From positions 1,674,001 to 1,738,000 of the forward strand of contig OZ251235.1 in the NCBI GenBank assembly GCA_965240325.2: a DNA stretch of 64,000 nt, read 5' to 3'. The position numbers were made by a program, and so were the translations under genes. The notes beneath the pieces are model-generated. The model saw nothing but the letters and a program-made list of their open reading frames with translations, searched no databases and was not told the DNA's origin. Positions 1-12,146 of this stretch are shown piece after piece (the first letter of the stretch is position 1; every line of letters begins with the position of its first letter). This DNA comes from Rebecca billardiae RCC1528 (taxonomy: Eukaryota > Protista > Haptophyta).

Positions 1-1215
1 GCGCACTCGCTCGTGCTCACCGCCAGCGGCGAAGTCTACTCCTTCGGCTGCGGCGAGAGCGGCATGCTCGGCCACGGCGATTGCCTCGAGCGCAGGCTGC
101 CGCAGCGCGTGGCGGCGCTGGGCAAGACTTCGTGCGCCTGTGTGAGCGCGGGCGCGGCGCACTCGCTCGTGGTCTCGCGCGCGGGCGCGGTCTACTCGTT
201 CGGCTGTGGGCGCGAGGGTGCGCTCGGCCACGCCGACGCCGCCGACCGCCTCGAGCCCGCGCGCATCGTCGGCCTGAGCGGCGCGCGCGCGCTCGGCGCG
301 TCGGCGGGCGGGTGTCACTCTCTTGTCGTGTGCGCGGCCGGTGCGGTCTACTCGTTCGGCCGCGGCGAGGATGGTGCGCTCGGGCACGGCGACAAGGCGA
401 GCCGGCGTACGCCTACGCGCATCGACGGCCTGCACGGCGTGCACGCCTCGAGCGTCTCGGCGGGCAACGCGCACTCGCTCGTGGCCACGCGGTGCGGCGC
501 GGTCTTTGCGTTTGGGCTCGGCTCATTTGGTCAGCTCGGGCTGAGCACGCTCACGGAGGGCCTGGCCCCCGGGCGGACGAGCGCGCGGCCGCTGCTGGAG
601 GAGGCGGCGATGGGCGCGCGTGGGACCGGCGCGGCTGCGGCGGCCTCGCTCGCTCGGCGCGCTAGCGCGCCCGGGCGCGTGCGGCCATCGACGGCTGGCG
701 CGGTGCGCGCTCCGCCGAGCTGCCCGCCGCCGCTGCACGCTGCCGTGCCGCGCCGGGTGGGCGCACTCGCGGGCGCGCACGCGGTGGGCGTGAGTGCGGG
801 CACCGACAGCCACAGCCTTGTGGTGCTCGCCAACGGCTTCGTCGTCTCGTTTGGTCGCGGCCGCGGTGGGCGGCTGGGGAACCTGGACAGCCTGAACAGC
901 GACGCGCCGCGCGGACCGAGTGCTGTGATCGTGCCTGCGAGTGCGACGCAGCGGCAGCGCGCGCTCACGCGCGCGGCTAATGGGGGCGCGGGCACGCAGG
1001 GTGCCGACGCGCGGCCATCGAGCGCGACTCCCCCCGCTCCTCCCAAGCTGTCTTACGCCCCGCTCACCCCGCTCTTGCTCAGCCTGCCTCTCGTGGACGG
1101 TCCAGCGGGTGTACCTGGCCGGCCACCGTCCTCGTCGTCCTTGACATTTGTGCCGCCGTGCCCGTTGCTGAACTTCCTCGGCAGTCAACAAGTACAGGAA
1201 CTGAGGCGGTCGTAG
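1..1215 (+). CDS. RCC1/BLIP-II repeat protein, 5'-partial
   Basis: Repeated VYSFGxGxxGxLGHGD ... VSAGxxHSL units in ORF 13..1215. The frame is open from the window edge. Confidence 0.85.
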   Translation, partial: AHSLVLTASGEVYSFGCGESGMLGHGDCLERRLPQRVAALGKTSCACVSAGAAHSLVVSRAGAVYSFGCGREGALGHADAADRLEPARIVGLSGARALGASAGGCHSLVVCAAGAVYSFGRGEDGALGHGDKASRRTPTRIDGLHGVHASSVSAGNAHSLVATRCGAVFAFGLGSFGQLGLSTLTEGLAPGRTSARPLLEEAAMGARGTGAAAAASLARRASAPGRVRPSTAGAVRAPPSCPPPLHAAVPRRVGALAGAHAVGVSAGTDSHSLVVLANGFVVSFGRGRGGRLGNLDSLNSDAPRGPSAVIVPASATQRQRALTRAANGGAGTQGADARPSSATPPAPPKLSYAPLTPLLLSLPLVDGPAGVPGRPPSSSSLTFVPPCPLLNFLGSQQVQELRRS

Positions 1216-2117
1216 CTGGCTTGGGCCTGGGGCGGGCGCTTGGATCGTCATGATGTAACGTCATAATTCATCACTCGCAGGCGGAGCCCGGCCCACCACA
1301 CTGACTGCGCTGAATAAGAGCTTAGTGTGCTCAGTTCACTCTGAGTAGTACCTGATAATGATTGGCAGGCTTCAGTGAATAAGATCGCATAGGCGTCATA
1401 CTCATAACGCTTAGTAACATCAAACATGCAGCTGTGCCTGTGTCTGTGACGCGCCGGCGCCGGCTGGGCCTGGGCGTGGTGCAAGGCGCGCGCCTCGCAC
1501 GCGCTACAGCGCCCGGTGAGGTGGACGCAAGTCTGTCGAGGCGCATCACATGTGTGCCCAAAGGTGCATGCCTGGCCCCTCCGCTCGTTTGCCGGCCGCT
1601 CCGCTGCCCATGCCTGGCCTGCACGCACCAAACGTAGCCGCGCCGAACGTGCCCCGCCACTGTGTCTGTGAGACGGCCGCGAACCGCGATGCACGGTGCC
1701 CTTCAGTGACGTGAGCAAGGTAGTCTACTACTGCAAGGGGACGCCAACCTGACGGTTGGCCATGCCATGGGAGGTAGTAGGGACGCCAGATACGCGCCAA
1801 GAGCCCATGGGAAGCTTGCTCTCCCCAGTTGGTGAGCTCTTCGGGCATGCGAACGCGGTTTGTCTCAAAGTGCCCTCCCCCCCCCAAAGTGAGACAAACT
1901 TGCTGGTGCTCATGCTCCTCAACGGCATGGAGCTAGCCCACGAGACTCGCGGCTTGAACTCTTCGTCTGATGCCCTCCACAACGACGTGCGCGAAGGGCG
2001 TGAGCGCCATCGTGGTGGAGCGCCAAACACGATCCGCGGTTTTTTATTTAATTGTAGTCTCATTCTGCCCTCGACGACCTGTGCAGCTGTGCTGCGGCGA
2101 GGGGCCGGCGGCGCACG

Positions 2118-2723
2118 ATGCCGGCCCTCGCGCTCAAGGATCCGGCTGCTGATGCCGGCAAGACGGCTGCGCTTGTCGCACAGTTCGCCATCACGACCGC
2201 GCAGTTCCTGAATACATTCGCAGCAAGCTGCGAGTCACGGCTGTGCGCGCTCGACGAGAAGCTGCACCGCCTCGACGTGATGCTAGCCATCATCGAGGCG
2301 AAGCTCAACTCCATCGACGGGCTGCCGGACGTGGCCCACGCCGGGGCCGCAGATCGCATCGCGACGGAGGCGGAGCCGCCGCGTGACGCGAATGCTGGTG
2401 AACTACGACCACATGACGACCCAGAGGAGGTGGATGCCCCTTCGCAGCCACCACCGATGTCGCAGGAAGTCGAGCATGCGCAGCCAGCACAGCCAGCAGA
2501 GCCACCGAGCGCGCCGCCTCTGCCGCCGCCAGTCGCTCAAGCCGACACCATATCCGCAAGACAACACCCAGAGTACGCAAGCTATTTCAGCATGGTGAAG
2601 TATGGCGTGCCGCTGCACAGCGTGCAGAACAAGCTGCGCCTTGAAGCCCCACATCTCGACCCAGCAGTGCTCGCTACACCGGACGCGCAAATCGGCCATG
2701 TGCCGAATGCCAACTTAACATGA
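2118..2723 (+). CDS. WASHC3: WASH complex subunit 3 (CCDC53) homolog
   Basis: N-terminal QFAITTAQFLNTFAASCESRL...IIEAKLNSI coiled coil, proline-rich linker, C-terminal HPEYASYFSMVKYGVP motif. Confidence 0.85.
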   Translation: MPALALKDPAADAGKTAALVAQFAITTAQFLNTFAASCESRLCALDEKLHRLDVMLAIIEAKLNSIDGLPDVAHAGAADRIATEAEPPRDANAGELRPHDDPEEVDAPSQPPPMSQEVEHAQPAQPAEPPSAPPLPPPVAQADTISARQHPEYASYFSMVKYGVPLHSVQNKLRLEAPHLDPAVLATPDAQIGHVPNANLT

Positions 2724-3404
2724 TGAATGAAGGCTGCGTTACGACCGTTGGTGAGGCGGTGGTGCCAGCAAACGCAATATATTAGTCGGATGAAACGTCA
2801 CCAAGCTGCGCGCAGTCCAAGCTAGCACTCCGTGAGGCGTGATCCGCCGTCCGGACTCCGGACTAGCGGCCGGCAGCTCCGACGCCGTCCGCGCCCGCGG
2901 GCCCGCGGCCCGGCACAGACAGACGAGCCGTCACACAATGGTAGTGGACCTGGTACGTTAATATAATAATATGGATCCAACTCCATGACGGTCCGGGCAT
3001 CGGATTCGGATTATTCGGCGCGGACTCTTACTCTTAGACACGGCCGCAGGCGCTCGCCCAGGCGGACGATCCTCATCCTGCCACTGCGCGGCCCTCGGCC
3101 AGCAGCCCAGTCACAGTGACTCACACTCACTAGTCACTGACAGTGCCAGTGCCTGATCAGCGGCCGTGGGGCTCGCGGATGGGGAGTCCACTCGCGGGCT
3201 GAGTGGGGCTGACTGGTATATTCGTGCCTACGACTGATCGACCGCAGTGACTACTGATGCCAGTGACTTGCGTCTTGCCGGACCGCGTCGTCACGGGCGC
3301 GTGAGTGAGACTGAGTCGGATTCCCGGTATGTAGTACATGTATGTGACACTCTCCGCTGGGCCTGGGGCCGCGCCCATGCTCGGACTACGCCGCCGCCGC
3401 GTGC

Positions 3405-4559
3405 TCATTGTTCATCAACTGTCCCGGGCGCATCAGTATAGCACCGCCCCCTTATCAACGCTCCGCCCCCCGCGCCGCCACCGCGCCGCTCGCGTGGCGG
3501 TGGCACGACCACTTCTCGCCCACGGCGCGCGGCGAGCACGAGCGCAGGGAGCAGCAGCTCAAAGGCGCGCTGCTCAGCACCGGACAGGCTGCCGGACGGG
3601 AGCAGCTTGGCGATGCCTCGCCGGCCGAGGAGCACGGGGCACGTCATGAAGAGCGGCTGCGCGCGTGCGCCGCGGCGCACGAGTGCGTACACCAGCACGT
3701 TCGGCTGCCCCTCGCGCGCGCCCTGCACCGCGTCCACCAGCCGAGAAACTCCGACCGCGACGGCGTGCACGGCGCCACCTGCGCCGCGCGTGGCAGAGAC
3801 GACCTCGTCGGCGCTGGTCTGCACACGGCGCGTGAGCGCGCTCACGTCCTCGGCGGAAAGCTGCTCCGACACCTCCACCCTGGAGAAGAGCGGCAGCGCC
3901 GTCTCGCCGTGCCCGCCGATCACCGGCACCTTGAGCAGCCGCGGCTCGACCTCGCAGCCGACGCGCTCCGCAAGGAACGTGTTGGCGCGCATGCCATCGG
4001 TCATAGTCGCGCCGAGGATGCGCTCCTCCGCCTTGCGCACGCCCGAGCGACGGAGCACCTCGTACACCAGCGGCACCATCGACGCCACCGGCTCCGTCGC
4101 GACGACGAGCACGGCTTCGGGGCAGTGCTCAACGCACGCCTCCGCGACCTTGCGCACGATGGCTGCGTTGATGTCGAAGCGCTCCTCGCTGCTCATGCCG
4201 GGGCCGCGTGCGACGCCGGCGGCGATGACGACGGTCTGAGCGTCCACCAGACAGTCGCTTAGCTCGGCGTACGCCGTCACTGCGCCGAGGACATCGATGT
4301 GCTGAAGGTCGCTCGCCAGGCCGGCCGCGATGCCGGCGTTCACGTCGTACAATCGCAGGTCATCGACGAGGACAGAGAGCCGAAGCAGCAGTGCGAGCGG
4401 CTGGCCGATCCCACCCGCCGCCCCCACTAGCGCGGCCGTGCGCTTCGCGCCGGCGGCCACCGCTGTCGCGAGCCATGCGATCAGGACGCACGCCTGGCGG
4501 CCGCAGCCGGGCGCCATCGCTAAGTCTTGAGTCAAGGTCAAGGACGGCAAAGGCGCCAT
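3405..4559 (-). CDS. Divergent malate dehydrogenase-family protein with N-terminal hydrophobic leader (start 4559 or 4517)
   Basis: GAAGGIGQPLALLL, LYDV, DLQHID, AGVARGPGM and VIGGHG motifs of the MDH/LDH fold. Confidence 0.85.
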   Translation of the reverse strand: MAPLPSLTLTQDLAMAPGCGRQACVLIAWLATAVAAGAKRTAALVGAAGGIGQPLALLLRLSVLVDDLRLYDVNAGIAAGLASDLQHIDVLGAVTAYAELSDCLVDAQTVVIAAGVARGPGMSSEERFDINAAIVRKVAEACVEHCPEAVLVVATEPVASMVPLVYEVLRRSGVRKAEERILGATMTDGMRANTFLAERVGCEVEPRLLKVPVIGGHGETALPLFSRVEVSEQLSAEDVSALTRRVQTSADEVVSATRGAGGAVHAVAVGVSRLVDAVQGAREGQPNVLVYALVRRGARAQPLFMTCPVLLGRRGIAKLLPSGSLSGAEQRAFELLLPALVLAARRGREVVVPPPRERRGGGAGGGALIRGRCYTDAPGTVDEQ

Positions 4560-4629
4560 CGTGAACTTTCACCAACGGCTTGGGCGTGGGTCGAGACGCG
4601 CGCAGTTGCCGCCGCCGCCCGCACACGGC

Positions 4630-6086
4630 ATGCCCAAGGGTACGCGCAGCGCGCGGGCTGGGGTGCTGGGCCCAAGCGCCGCCTGCTGAGCCGCTGGCAC
4701 GCAACCCACCCTGCGCGCGCGCGCCGTGCAGGCGTGGACTACTCCAAATGGGACTCGGTCGAGCTGTCGGACGACGACTCCGACTGCCATCCCAACATTG
4801 AGAAGGACTTCTGGCTGCGCATCAAGAAGGAGAAGCGCGAGAAGGAGAAGGAGGATCACGCGAAGGAGGTGGTGGCGCTGCAGCAGCAGGTCAAGGCCGA
4901 GCGTGAGCAGGCCAGCTCGCTCGACGAGCAGGCGCGGGCGGACGGCGTGGAAGACGCCGAGCGAGATCGGCTGCAGAAGCGCGCGGAAGCGGCGCGCACC
5001 AAGGCGAGCGAGCTCGAGGCGAAGGCGAACAAGATCATCGAGGAGGAGCGCAAGCGCGACTGGAACGTGCAGGACAAGTTCAACTACGCCGCCGTCAACG
5101 CCGCCACCAACGACATCTACTCCGAGATCAAGAAGAGCACGAAGGGCGGAGCGGCACATGGCGGGGGCGAGGGCGAGGGCGCGGGCGCGGCGGGCAGCGG
5201 GGCGGGCGGCTCGTCGTCGGGCGGGCAGTGGGAGGTGATCCACGCGGGCGCGCCGGCCGCCGCCGCCGCCGAGCCCGCGCCGCTGGCCGCGCCGGCGGCC
5301 GCGGAGCCCGAGGCCGAGGGCGAGGAGGAGGGCGAGGAGGAGGCTGCACTGAACGCTTACGTCGCGGCCATGGAGGAGCGTGCGCAGCAGCTCGGCGTAC
5401 TGGGCAACGACGAGGACTGCTTCGACAAGTCGTACGAGGTGATCAAGAAGTACCCGGAGATCGCCGTGAAGGAGACGACGGATTACCTGCTGCTCGTGGG
5501 GAACGACTTGGCACGCGCCGCGCGCGCGCGCGCGCGCGCGCGCGCGCGCGTCCCCGGCTGCCAGCGCTGCGCTGCGCTGCGAGTGCGCGCTCCGCCGCTG
5601 GCGCGCCGCCGCTCGCCGCGCGTGCCCACTGAGTGCACGCCGTCGCCGCGACCACGCGCGCGCGCGCAGGCGAAGAAGGGGGAGGAGAGGATGGGCCGCG
5701 CGTTCGTGCACCAGTCGCTGATGATGCAGTACTGCATGGACCTGAGCGTGGGCGGCGCGAACGGCGTGCTGCAGTTCTTCAGGCGGATGAGCGCGCCTGA
5801 GCCCAAGGTGCGCGAGCGCGCGCGCAAGCACTTTGAGGCCGAGTTCGAGGAGTACTGGGGCAAGGTCCTCGAGCGCGCGCGGGGCATCCGGAAGGAGAAC
5901 GAGCGGCAGGCGAAGCTGCAGGTGCGCGCGCCGCGTAGCAGCGGTGTGCGCCGCGCGCCCTGACGGACGGCTCACGCGCCGGCCACGCCGCCTGCCCGTC
6001 TTCCGCCTGTGCTCGGTGCGCTCGTGCGCGCGCAGGAGATGCAGGAAGCGCTCAAACCGCCGCAGGCCGCCGGGGCGGACGCGTGA
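4630..6086 (+). CDS. CDC37: Hsp90 co-chaperone Cdc37 (4 exons; introns ~4640-4731, 5511-5669 [GC-AG], 5922-6035)
   Basis: Spliced N-terminus MPKGVDYSKWDSVELSDDDSDCHPNIEK, later HQSLMMQYC...FFRRM. Splice sites restore the frame. Confidence 0.85.
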
Positions 6087-6746
6087 TGCGAGCGCAGGGC
6101 AGGGCGACGCGTTCGTGCCAAGGCGTTCGAGGCGCGCTTAGTGAGCGGCTGCCGTGTGCCCACCAGAAGGGCGCACGCCTTTCTCGTGCCAGCGCACCGG
6201 CGGCTGGCCACACGAGCATCATCATCATGCATCACAATACAGTGAGCTCTCGCGGCCACGTACGATGCGACATGTCTCGCGTGCTTGACCATTGGTCACT
6301 ACCGCAGAATTCAGATGGGCGGCATGCCGCCAGCGACCAGGCCGAACAGACTGTGCGGCCTGGGATGCCCGCGTCACGGCACACGAGTCCAGCACACTTG
6401 CGGCGGCGCCGAAATCCCGAATCCCGCGACGCAGCGCTCCGGAGCCACGGAGCCACGGGCACGGAGTCGTCGGAGTCGAAAGCGACGTGGGCCGCTGGGC
6501 CACTTCCCGTCATTCTGCCGTTCGTTGCCGTTGCCCGCCGCGGCCCGCCGCCGTTGATGCTGTTGCCGTTGGTACTATATATATATTATAATTGCTGCTG
6601 AATAAGTCATCACTTAGCTAGATTTATAAGTCTAATGGACCGTACGTAGTAATGTGAGATATCAGATGACAGCAGATAGCTATATAGTGTCAACTCAGTA
6701 TAGCAATATATAATATATAATATATAATATATATTTAATTAGAATG

Positions 6747-7500
6747 TACACGCGGCTGTGCCGTATCTTCAATTTACTATCATATATTCGCTGAGCCCGT
6801 CGCGCTACAGGGTGAGCGACGGCCGCAACGGTGCGGTTGCCACCGCGCGGAACTCGTCCCGCGCGAGCGGCGCAAGCAGCTGCAGCTCCTCGTCGACCGC
6901 GAGGTCTACGGCACGCTTGAGGGCCAGGTGGGCCCATACGAGGCGCGGCTCGACACCTTCCCCGCGATCGTCCCGATTGTCGTGGGGGCGTTCGGCGAAT
7001 GGAGCGCGGAGGTGGACCTCACCCTCAAGAAGATCGCCAAGATGGGGCGGGACACGTGGCGCGCGCGCCTCAGCGCGCCCTCGCGCCCCGCCGCCGAGCG
7101 CGCGCTGCTCGGCACCATGACCATGCGGCGCGAGCTGGGCATGCGCTGCCTGCGTGGCCAGGCCAAGATGCTCATCGCCCGCGCGCGCATGGCGCACGTG
7201 CGCCCGGGGGCACGCGCCCGCGGGGGCGCTGCATGCGACGACTACTTCGAGACGACGGCTGACGACGCGTGGCACCGCGACCACCGCGGTGGCGCGCGCG
7301 CGTCGACACCAGACGGTGCGTTGAGCTTCCGCTCGGCGATGGAGTGATGGGCGACTACGAGGGGGGGGGACGACGGCGAGGAGCGCTGACCCTGGTGTTT
7401 GTCTCTGCTGCTCGATCTGCTGCTACAGCTTGCTGACTCTGACGCCTGCCCGTTGCATACCACGTCGTTAATTATATATTTCAATTATAATAATAATTAA
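6747..7500 (+). mobile_element. 5'-truncated, degenerate remnant of an RLE-type (CRE-like) non-LTR retrotransposon
   Basis: Peptide GQVGPYEARLDTFPAIVPIVVGAFGEWS...RRELGMRCLRGQA resembles the C-terminal RLE region. TAA-rich tail near 7485-7500. Similar AT-rich direct repeats at ~6719-6746 and ~7501-7528. Confidence 0.55.
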
Positions 7501-7989
7501 AATATATAATATATATTAATTTAAAATGAATTATTTAGGCTAAGGCTCTTAGCCTTAGGACAATTCCCGCCCGACGCTCGCCGGGATCGCGCGGCGCCGA
7601 GTGCGCCCGCTCTGGACAACGCCATGCACCATGTTTCAACAGTCGGGCGCGCCAAGACAGCGTCGCGCAACCGGCACCGCGACTGCACTCTGCGGCCGCG
7701 GCCTGCGTCGAGGCGCCGGTATTGCCGGGGCGCGGTGCTGGATGGGCGAGGGCTGGGGCCGGTCGTCATGGCTTAGGTAGAGTGTGGGCGTCTCCGCCCA
7801 GCAGCCTTCGAGCGCGATGCGCGAGCGAGCGCGCAGCCTCCCCGGTCAGGTCAGCTCGCGGGCGCGCACGCGCCGCCGCCATGGCAGCGGCGGCGCGGCG
7901 CGCAGCAGCGTGAGGTGAGGAGGCTGCGCCTCGCCGGCGTTCGGGCCGACGCTGCCGGTGCGCCCGGCACGGAGCACTGGTGGTGCGGC

Positions 7990-10900
7990 TCAGTTGGCCT
8001 GCACGGTCCCCGCGGGGAATGGTCCCCGCTGCGACGGCAGCGGCGCCGCATCCCGGTACACAAGGTCGCGGTCGACCAGCTTGTACTCCTCCGGCGCAAA
8101 CTTGACCGACGGCCGGAAGCGCGCAAAGTCGTCCGCGTAGCCGGGGTCGCCTGGGCAGTAGTCGCAGAGCGGCAGCTTGAGCTCTGGCGGCAGGCCGGCG
8201 AAGAGCAGCTTCCGGAGGGGCCCGTGCGACTTGCGCTTGTTCCCGCGCCCCTTCTTCGACGAGCGCGTGAAGACGGGCAGGTTGCTCGTGTCGACGACCG
8301 GCTCGATGGTGATGGGCGGGCAGTAGCACGGCGGCGGCGGCGGCGAGGGCGGCGGCGGCGATGGTGGCGGCGGCGAGGGCGGCGGCGGCGAGGGCGGCGG
8401 CGGCGGGGGTGGCGAGGGCGGCGGCGAGGAGGGCGGCGGCGGCGATGGTGGCGGCGGCGGCGGCGAGGGCAGCGGCGGCGGCGGCGAGGGCGGCGGGCTC
8501 GGCGGCGGCGAGGGTGGCGGCGGCGGCGGCGGGGGCTTTGGCGGCGGCGAGGGCGGCGGGCTCGGTGGCGGGCTCGGCGGTGGCGGCTTCGGCAGCGGCG
8601 GCGGCAGCGGCGGCGGCGGCGAGGGCGGCGGGAGCGGCGGCGGGCTCGGCGGCGGGCTCGGCGGCGGCGGGCCGATCTCGCAGTACTTGCCGCTGAAGCT
8701 GTTCGGGCAGTCGCAGTCGTTGTTGATCGAGTTGCAGATCCCGCCGTTCTGGCAGACGCACTCGTCGCACGGGCCGACCGTCTGGTTTGTAGTGTACCAC
8801 CAGCGGCCGTACCCGCCAGGGCAGTGGCACGAGACGGTGTCGGTCATCGGGTCGCAGTAGCCCGCGCCCCAGTCCGACTTCCTCCCCTCGTTGATCAGCG
8901 TGCCGCGGATCGCCGCCCAGTCCGCGTTGCGCTGCGGGTACTGCCGGCCGAAGTCGGACGAGGTGTAGTTGTTGCCCTTGGCCCAGTAGTAAGAGCCGCA
9001 GTCGTACTCCCACGAGTTGGTCTTGGCCAGCACCTCCGTCTTGGGCGCGCAGAGCGAAGTGTCCGCGTCGACGGTGTAGCAGGACTCGCACGTGCACGAG
9101 CCGTCGCCGTCCACGCCGTCGTTGCAGTGCCCCATCGCGCCGCACGCGTCGCCCGAGCCGTCGTTCGTGTCGATGCCGGGGCAGGCGTTGGTGCAGTCCG
9201 AGCCGTACCAGCCGTCGCGGCACACGATCGCCGAGCCCGTGTGCGATCCCGTGCACTCCTGGTCGGAGGAGGGGAGCCTCAGCCCGACGGTGGTCGAGGC
9301 GTCGAGCTTGCAGAACGTGCTGTCCGTCACGGGCGAGCCCTGCGCCGTGCACGACGGCCCGTCGAACTGGTAGTTGCAGATGCACTCGCCCGCTGAGTTG
9401 AGCGCGCCGTTGCCGTTGCACGAGTCCGTGTTCTTGCACGCGTCTGTCTCCGACGCGCCGAGGCCGCCCGGGTAGAAGCCCGAGTCGCAGCTGCACGTGA
9501 AGGTGGCGTTCCAGTCGCACGTGCCCTGGGCGTTGCAGAAGGAGGTGACCGCCTGCGCACACGCACGCACGCGGATGGGCCGAGGCGAGGGGCGGGGGAT
9601 GGCGGTGAGCGGCGGCCGCGCAGTCTCTCTCTCTCTCTCTCTCGCGCGCGCGCTCGCCGCGGCCGCGCGTCCGCACGTGCGGGGGCGCGCGCGCGGCGCG
9701 CACGTCGGTCTTAGCGTCGACAGTGTTGCCGGTGCCGTCGACCGCGCCGGGGCAGTACTTGGCCGTGCCCGCGACCTCGTTGTAGAACTGCGCGTACGAC
9801 ACGCCGTCCACCTCGCACTCGCAGTCCGTGTCTGTGCACCACGTGGGGCCGTCCGAGCCGGAGATGCACTTGGCAGTTGAGTAGCACCAACCGCACGCGG
9901 GCTCGGCGACGCAGCTGTCCGCGTCGGTGTGGTCGGAGCAGACGGTGCACCGCCCGTTCGGCGGGGTGAGGTCGGTGCAGCCCGACGTCGTCGCCTGCGG
10001 CACGCACGAGCCGTCGCACCACGCGCACTCGTTGTCGCTGCCGCTCGCGCAGTCGCCGCACGTTGTGAACTGCTCGCAGTACTCGACGCACGTCATCGCG
10101 CAAATCTTGGTGCCCCACGCGGCGAGCGAGATGTCCTCGGTGCGGAAGCTCACGATCTGGTTGCCCAAATACTCGGCGAGCGCAAAGTTCGCGAGGCCGG
10201 CCACGTCTGCACGCGCGGGGGTGGCGCGCACGACGCGGTCAGTGTCGCGAGCGCGCGCATGGGCGCGCCCGACTCGCTCCGACTCTGGGGAGCGCGCGCC
10301 TGGGGCAAGCGCGCGCGCGCGCGCGAAAAGAGGGGGCGGGCGGGCGGGCGGGCGGGCGGGCGGGCGGGCGGGCTGCGCGCGGCGGGGCTGCGGCGCGCAC
10401 CGTGGATGTCAAAGTTCCAGCAGTACTCGGCGGGGAGGTAGCCGATCGCCAGCCCGTCCGACTTGCCCGGCGCATACACCCAGTTGGTGATGCCGTTGCC
10501 AACCTGCTTGATCAGCTCGTCCGTCATCCACTGGCCCTGCAGCTGCTTCGAGTTGTCAAAGTCGTTGGCGTCGTCCTTCACGACGATCTCGAGGTTGCCG
10601 TCGATGAGCGCCTCGACCGACGCCTCCTGCGACCAGTCGAACACGAAGTCGGTGAAGCCCTGGTTCTCCCAGCGCGAGAGCTGCCAGCGGCTCGACTCGG
10701 TGATCGTGTACAGCACGTCCTCGATCGTCTGCGAGTCGGAGTACTCGTACGTGAGCGAGTACGGGTCGGCGGAGGCGGTGGGCGAGTCGATCACGAGCGT
10801 GGCCGAGCCGCCGTCGTCGTTGCACGCCTCGCCGAACGCGTAGTTCGGCACGAGCTGCGGCTCGCTCACCGAGTTGCCCTCGAGGTCGACAAAGTTGCCG

Positions 10901-11565
10901 TCAGCGTCGCGGATGTAGTAGCAGAAGCCGTCCTCGACGTTGTCCATCGCCGAGGGCGTGGCGTCGAACTTGACGAGGTTGTCGTCGGCCTCGTCGAGGA
11001 TGAGCATGAAGTACGAGTTGTCGTCCGCGTCCGTCACGAAGAAGACGATCGCCGTGTTCGGCGCGAGGAAGCCGACGTTGGCCGCAAAGTTGACCGGCTG
11101 CTTGTACGCGTAGAACGCGTCGCCGCCGAGCGTCGTCCTGCAGTTCTTCTCCTCGTACCGTTTGGTGTTCCGGTCCCAGAGCTCGATGGCCTGGATCGTC
11201 AGGTTCGTGCGGTTCCCTTCGCCGCACGCGTCTTCCGTGAAGTACGGGTGCTGCGCGAGGAATTCGGTGAACGGGTGCACGACGCCATACGAGCGGTGCG
11301 GCAGGTCGCTCCCGAGCTGCACTTGGTAGCAGTTCTTAAAGGCCGGCAGCGGGGGCGAGGGCGGCGAGGGCGGGGACGCAGGCGGTGATGGCGACGGCGG
11401 TGGGGGCACGCTCGGCGGCGGCGGGGGCAAGCTCGGCGGCGGCGGCGGCGGCGGCGGCGAAGGCGGAGATGGCGGCGGGGTTGGCGGCGGGCTCGGCGGC
11501 GGGCTCGGCGGATTCACCGCGCCAGCGAGCGCCACGGAGAGAACCAGCAGCAGTCGCAACATCAT
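7990..11565 (-). CDS. Secreted proline-rich (SPPP) protein with PSI-like and EGF-like Cys repeats (introns 10207-10400, 9553-9703)
   Basis: Signal peptide MMLRLLLVLSVALAG, two SPPP tracts, CAWC/CGWC PSI-like units and CxCxxG[FW]xG EGF units. GT-AG introns join three ORF segments in frame. Confidence 0.8.
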
Positions 11566-12146
11566 CTTTGGCGGTCCCTGACGACCTGCACGCTCCGCGC
11601 TCTCCCCTCCGAGCAGCGAGCACGAGCAAGCGCGCCTGCTGCCAGTTGCTCTGCGCGGGGGCAACCTCCTCGCAACGCTCGCTTGGTAACTCCCGAGCGC
11701 CGCTGCGGCTCCCCACTGGCCAAAGCCACGGGAGCGAAACGCCGTTGAGCTGTCCGGGCGCTTTTTGAGGAGGCCCTGCCCGGCGCCAAGCCGCAAACTG
11801 GCCCTTTCCGAGGGGCTACCCCTCTTTTCAAGCCACTTACGGGCTTTCAGACTCCGACCTAGCTCGCTGCTTAGTAATGGGCACCAATGGCGCTAGTATT
11901 TGCATCGGAGAGTAACCGCCAAACGGGTACGGTTGGAGCTGTTCTGTGGTGCCTGGTCCGGGATCTGTCCAGCAGGACTCTTGGAAGCCGCGATGGCCGC
12001 TGGCCGCAAAGGTGTAACAACTCGCGCCGCCGTGCCAACTCCAGCAAGCAGTGGCAAGCGCCCCAAGCGTGGAGGCGTGAGCGTCCTCGCGGCCAGCACC
12101 GAGCTCCAACTGCTGCGGCGCACGCTCGCGCGCGCACCCGGCCACC

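Noticed and set aside
1546-2211. Short ORFs and a 10-bp inverted repeat upstream of WASHC3
   Set aside because: No recognisable product; insufficient evidence.
7766-10231. Overlapping antisense or alternative-frame Ala/Arg-rich ORFs (here and throughout the window)
   Set aside because: Shadow ORFs caused by high GC and scarcity of stop codons.
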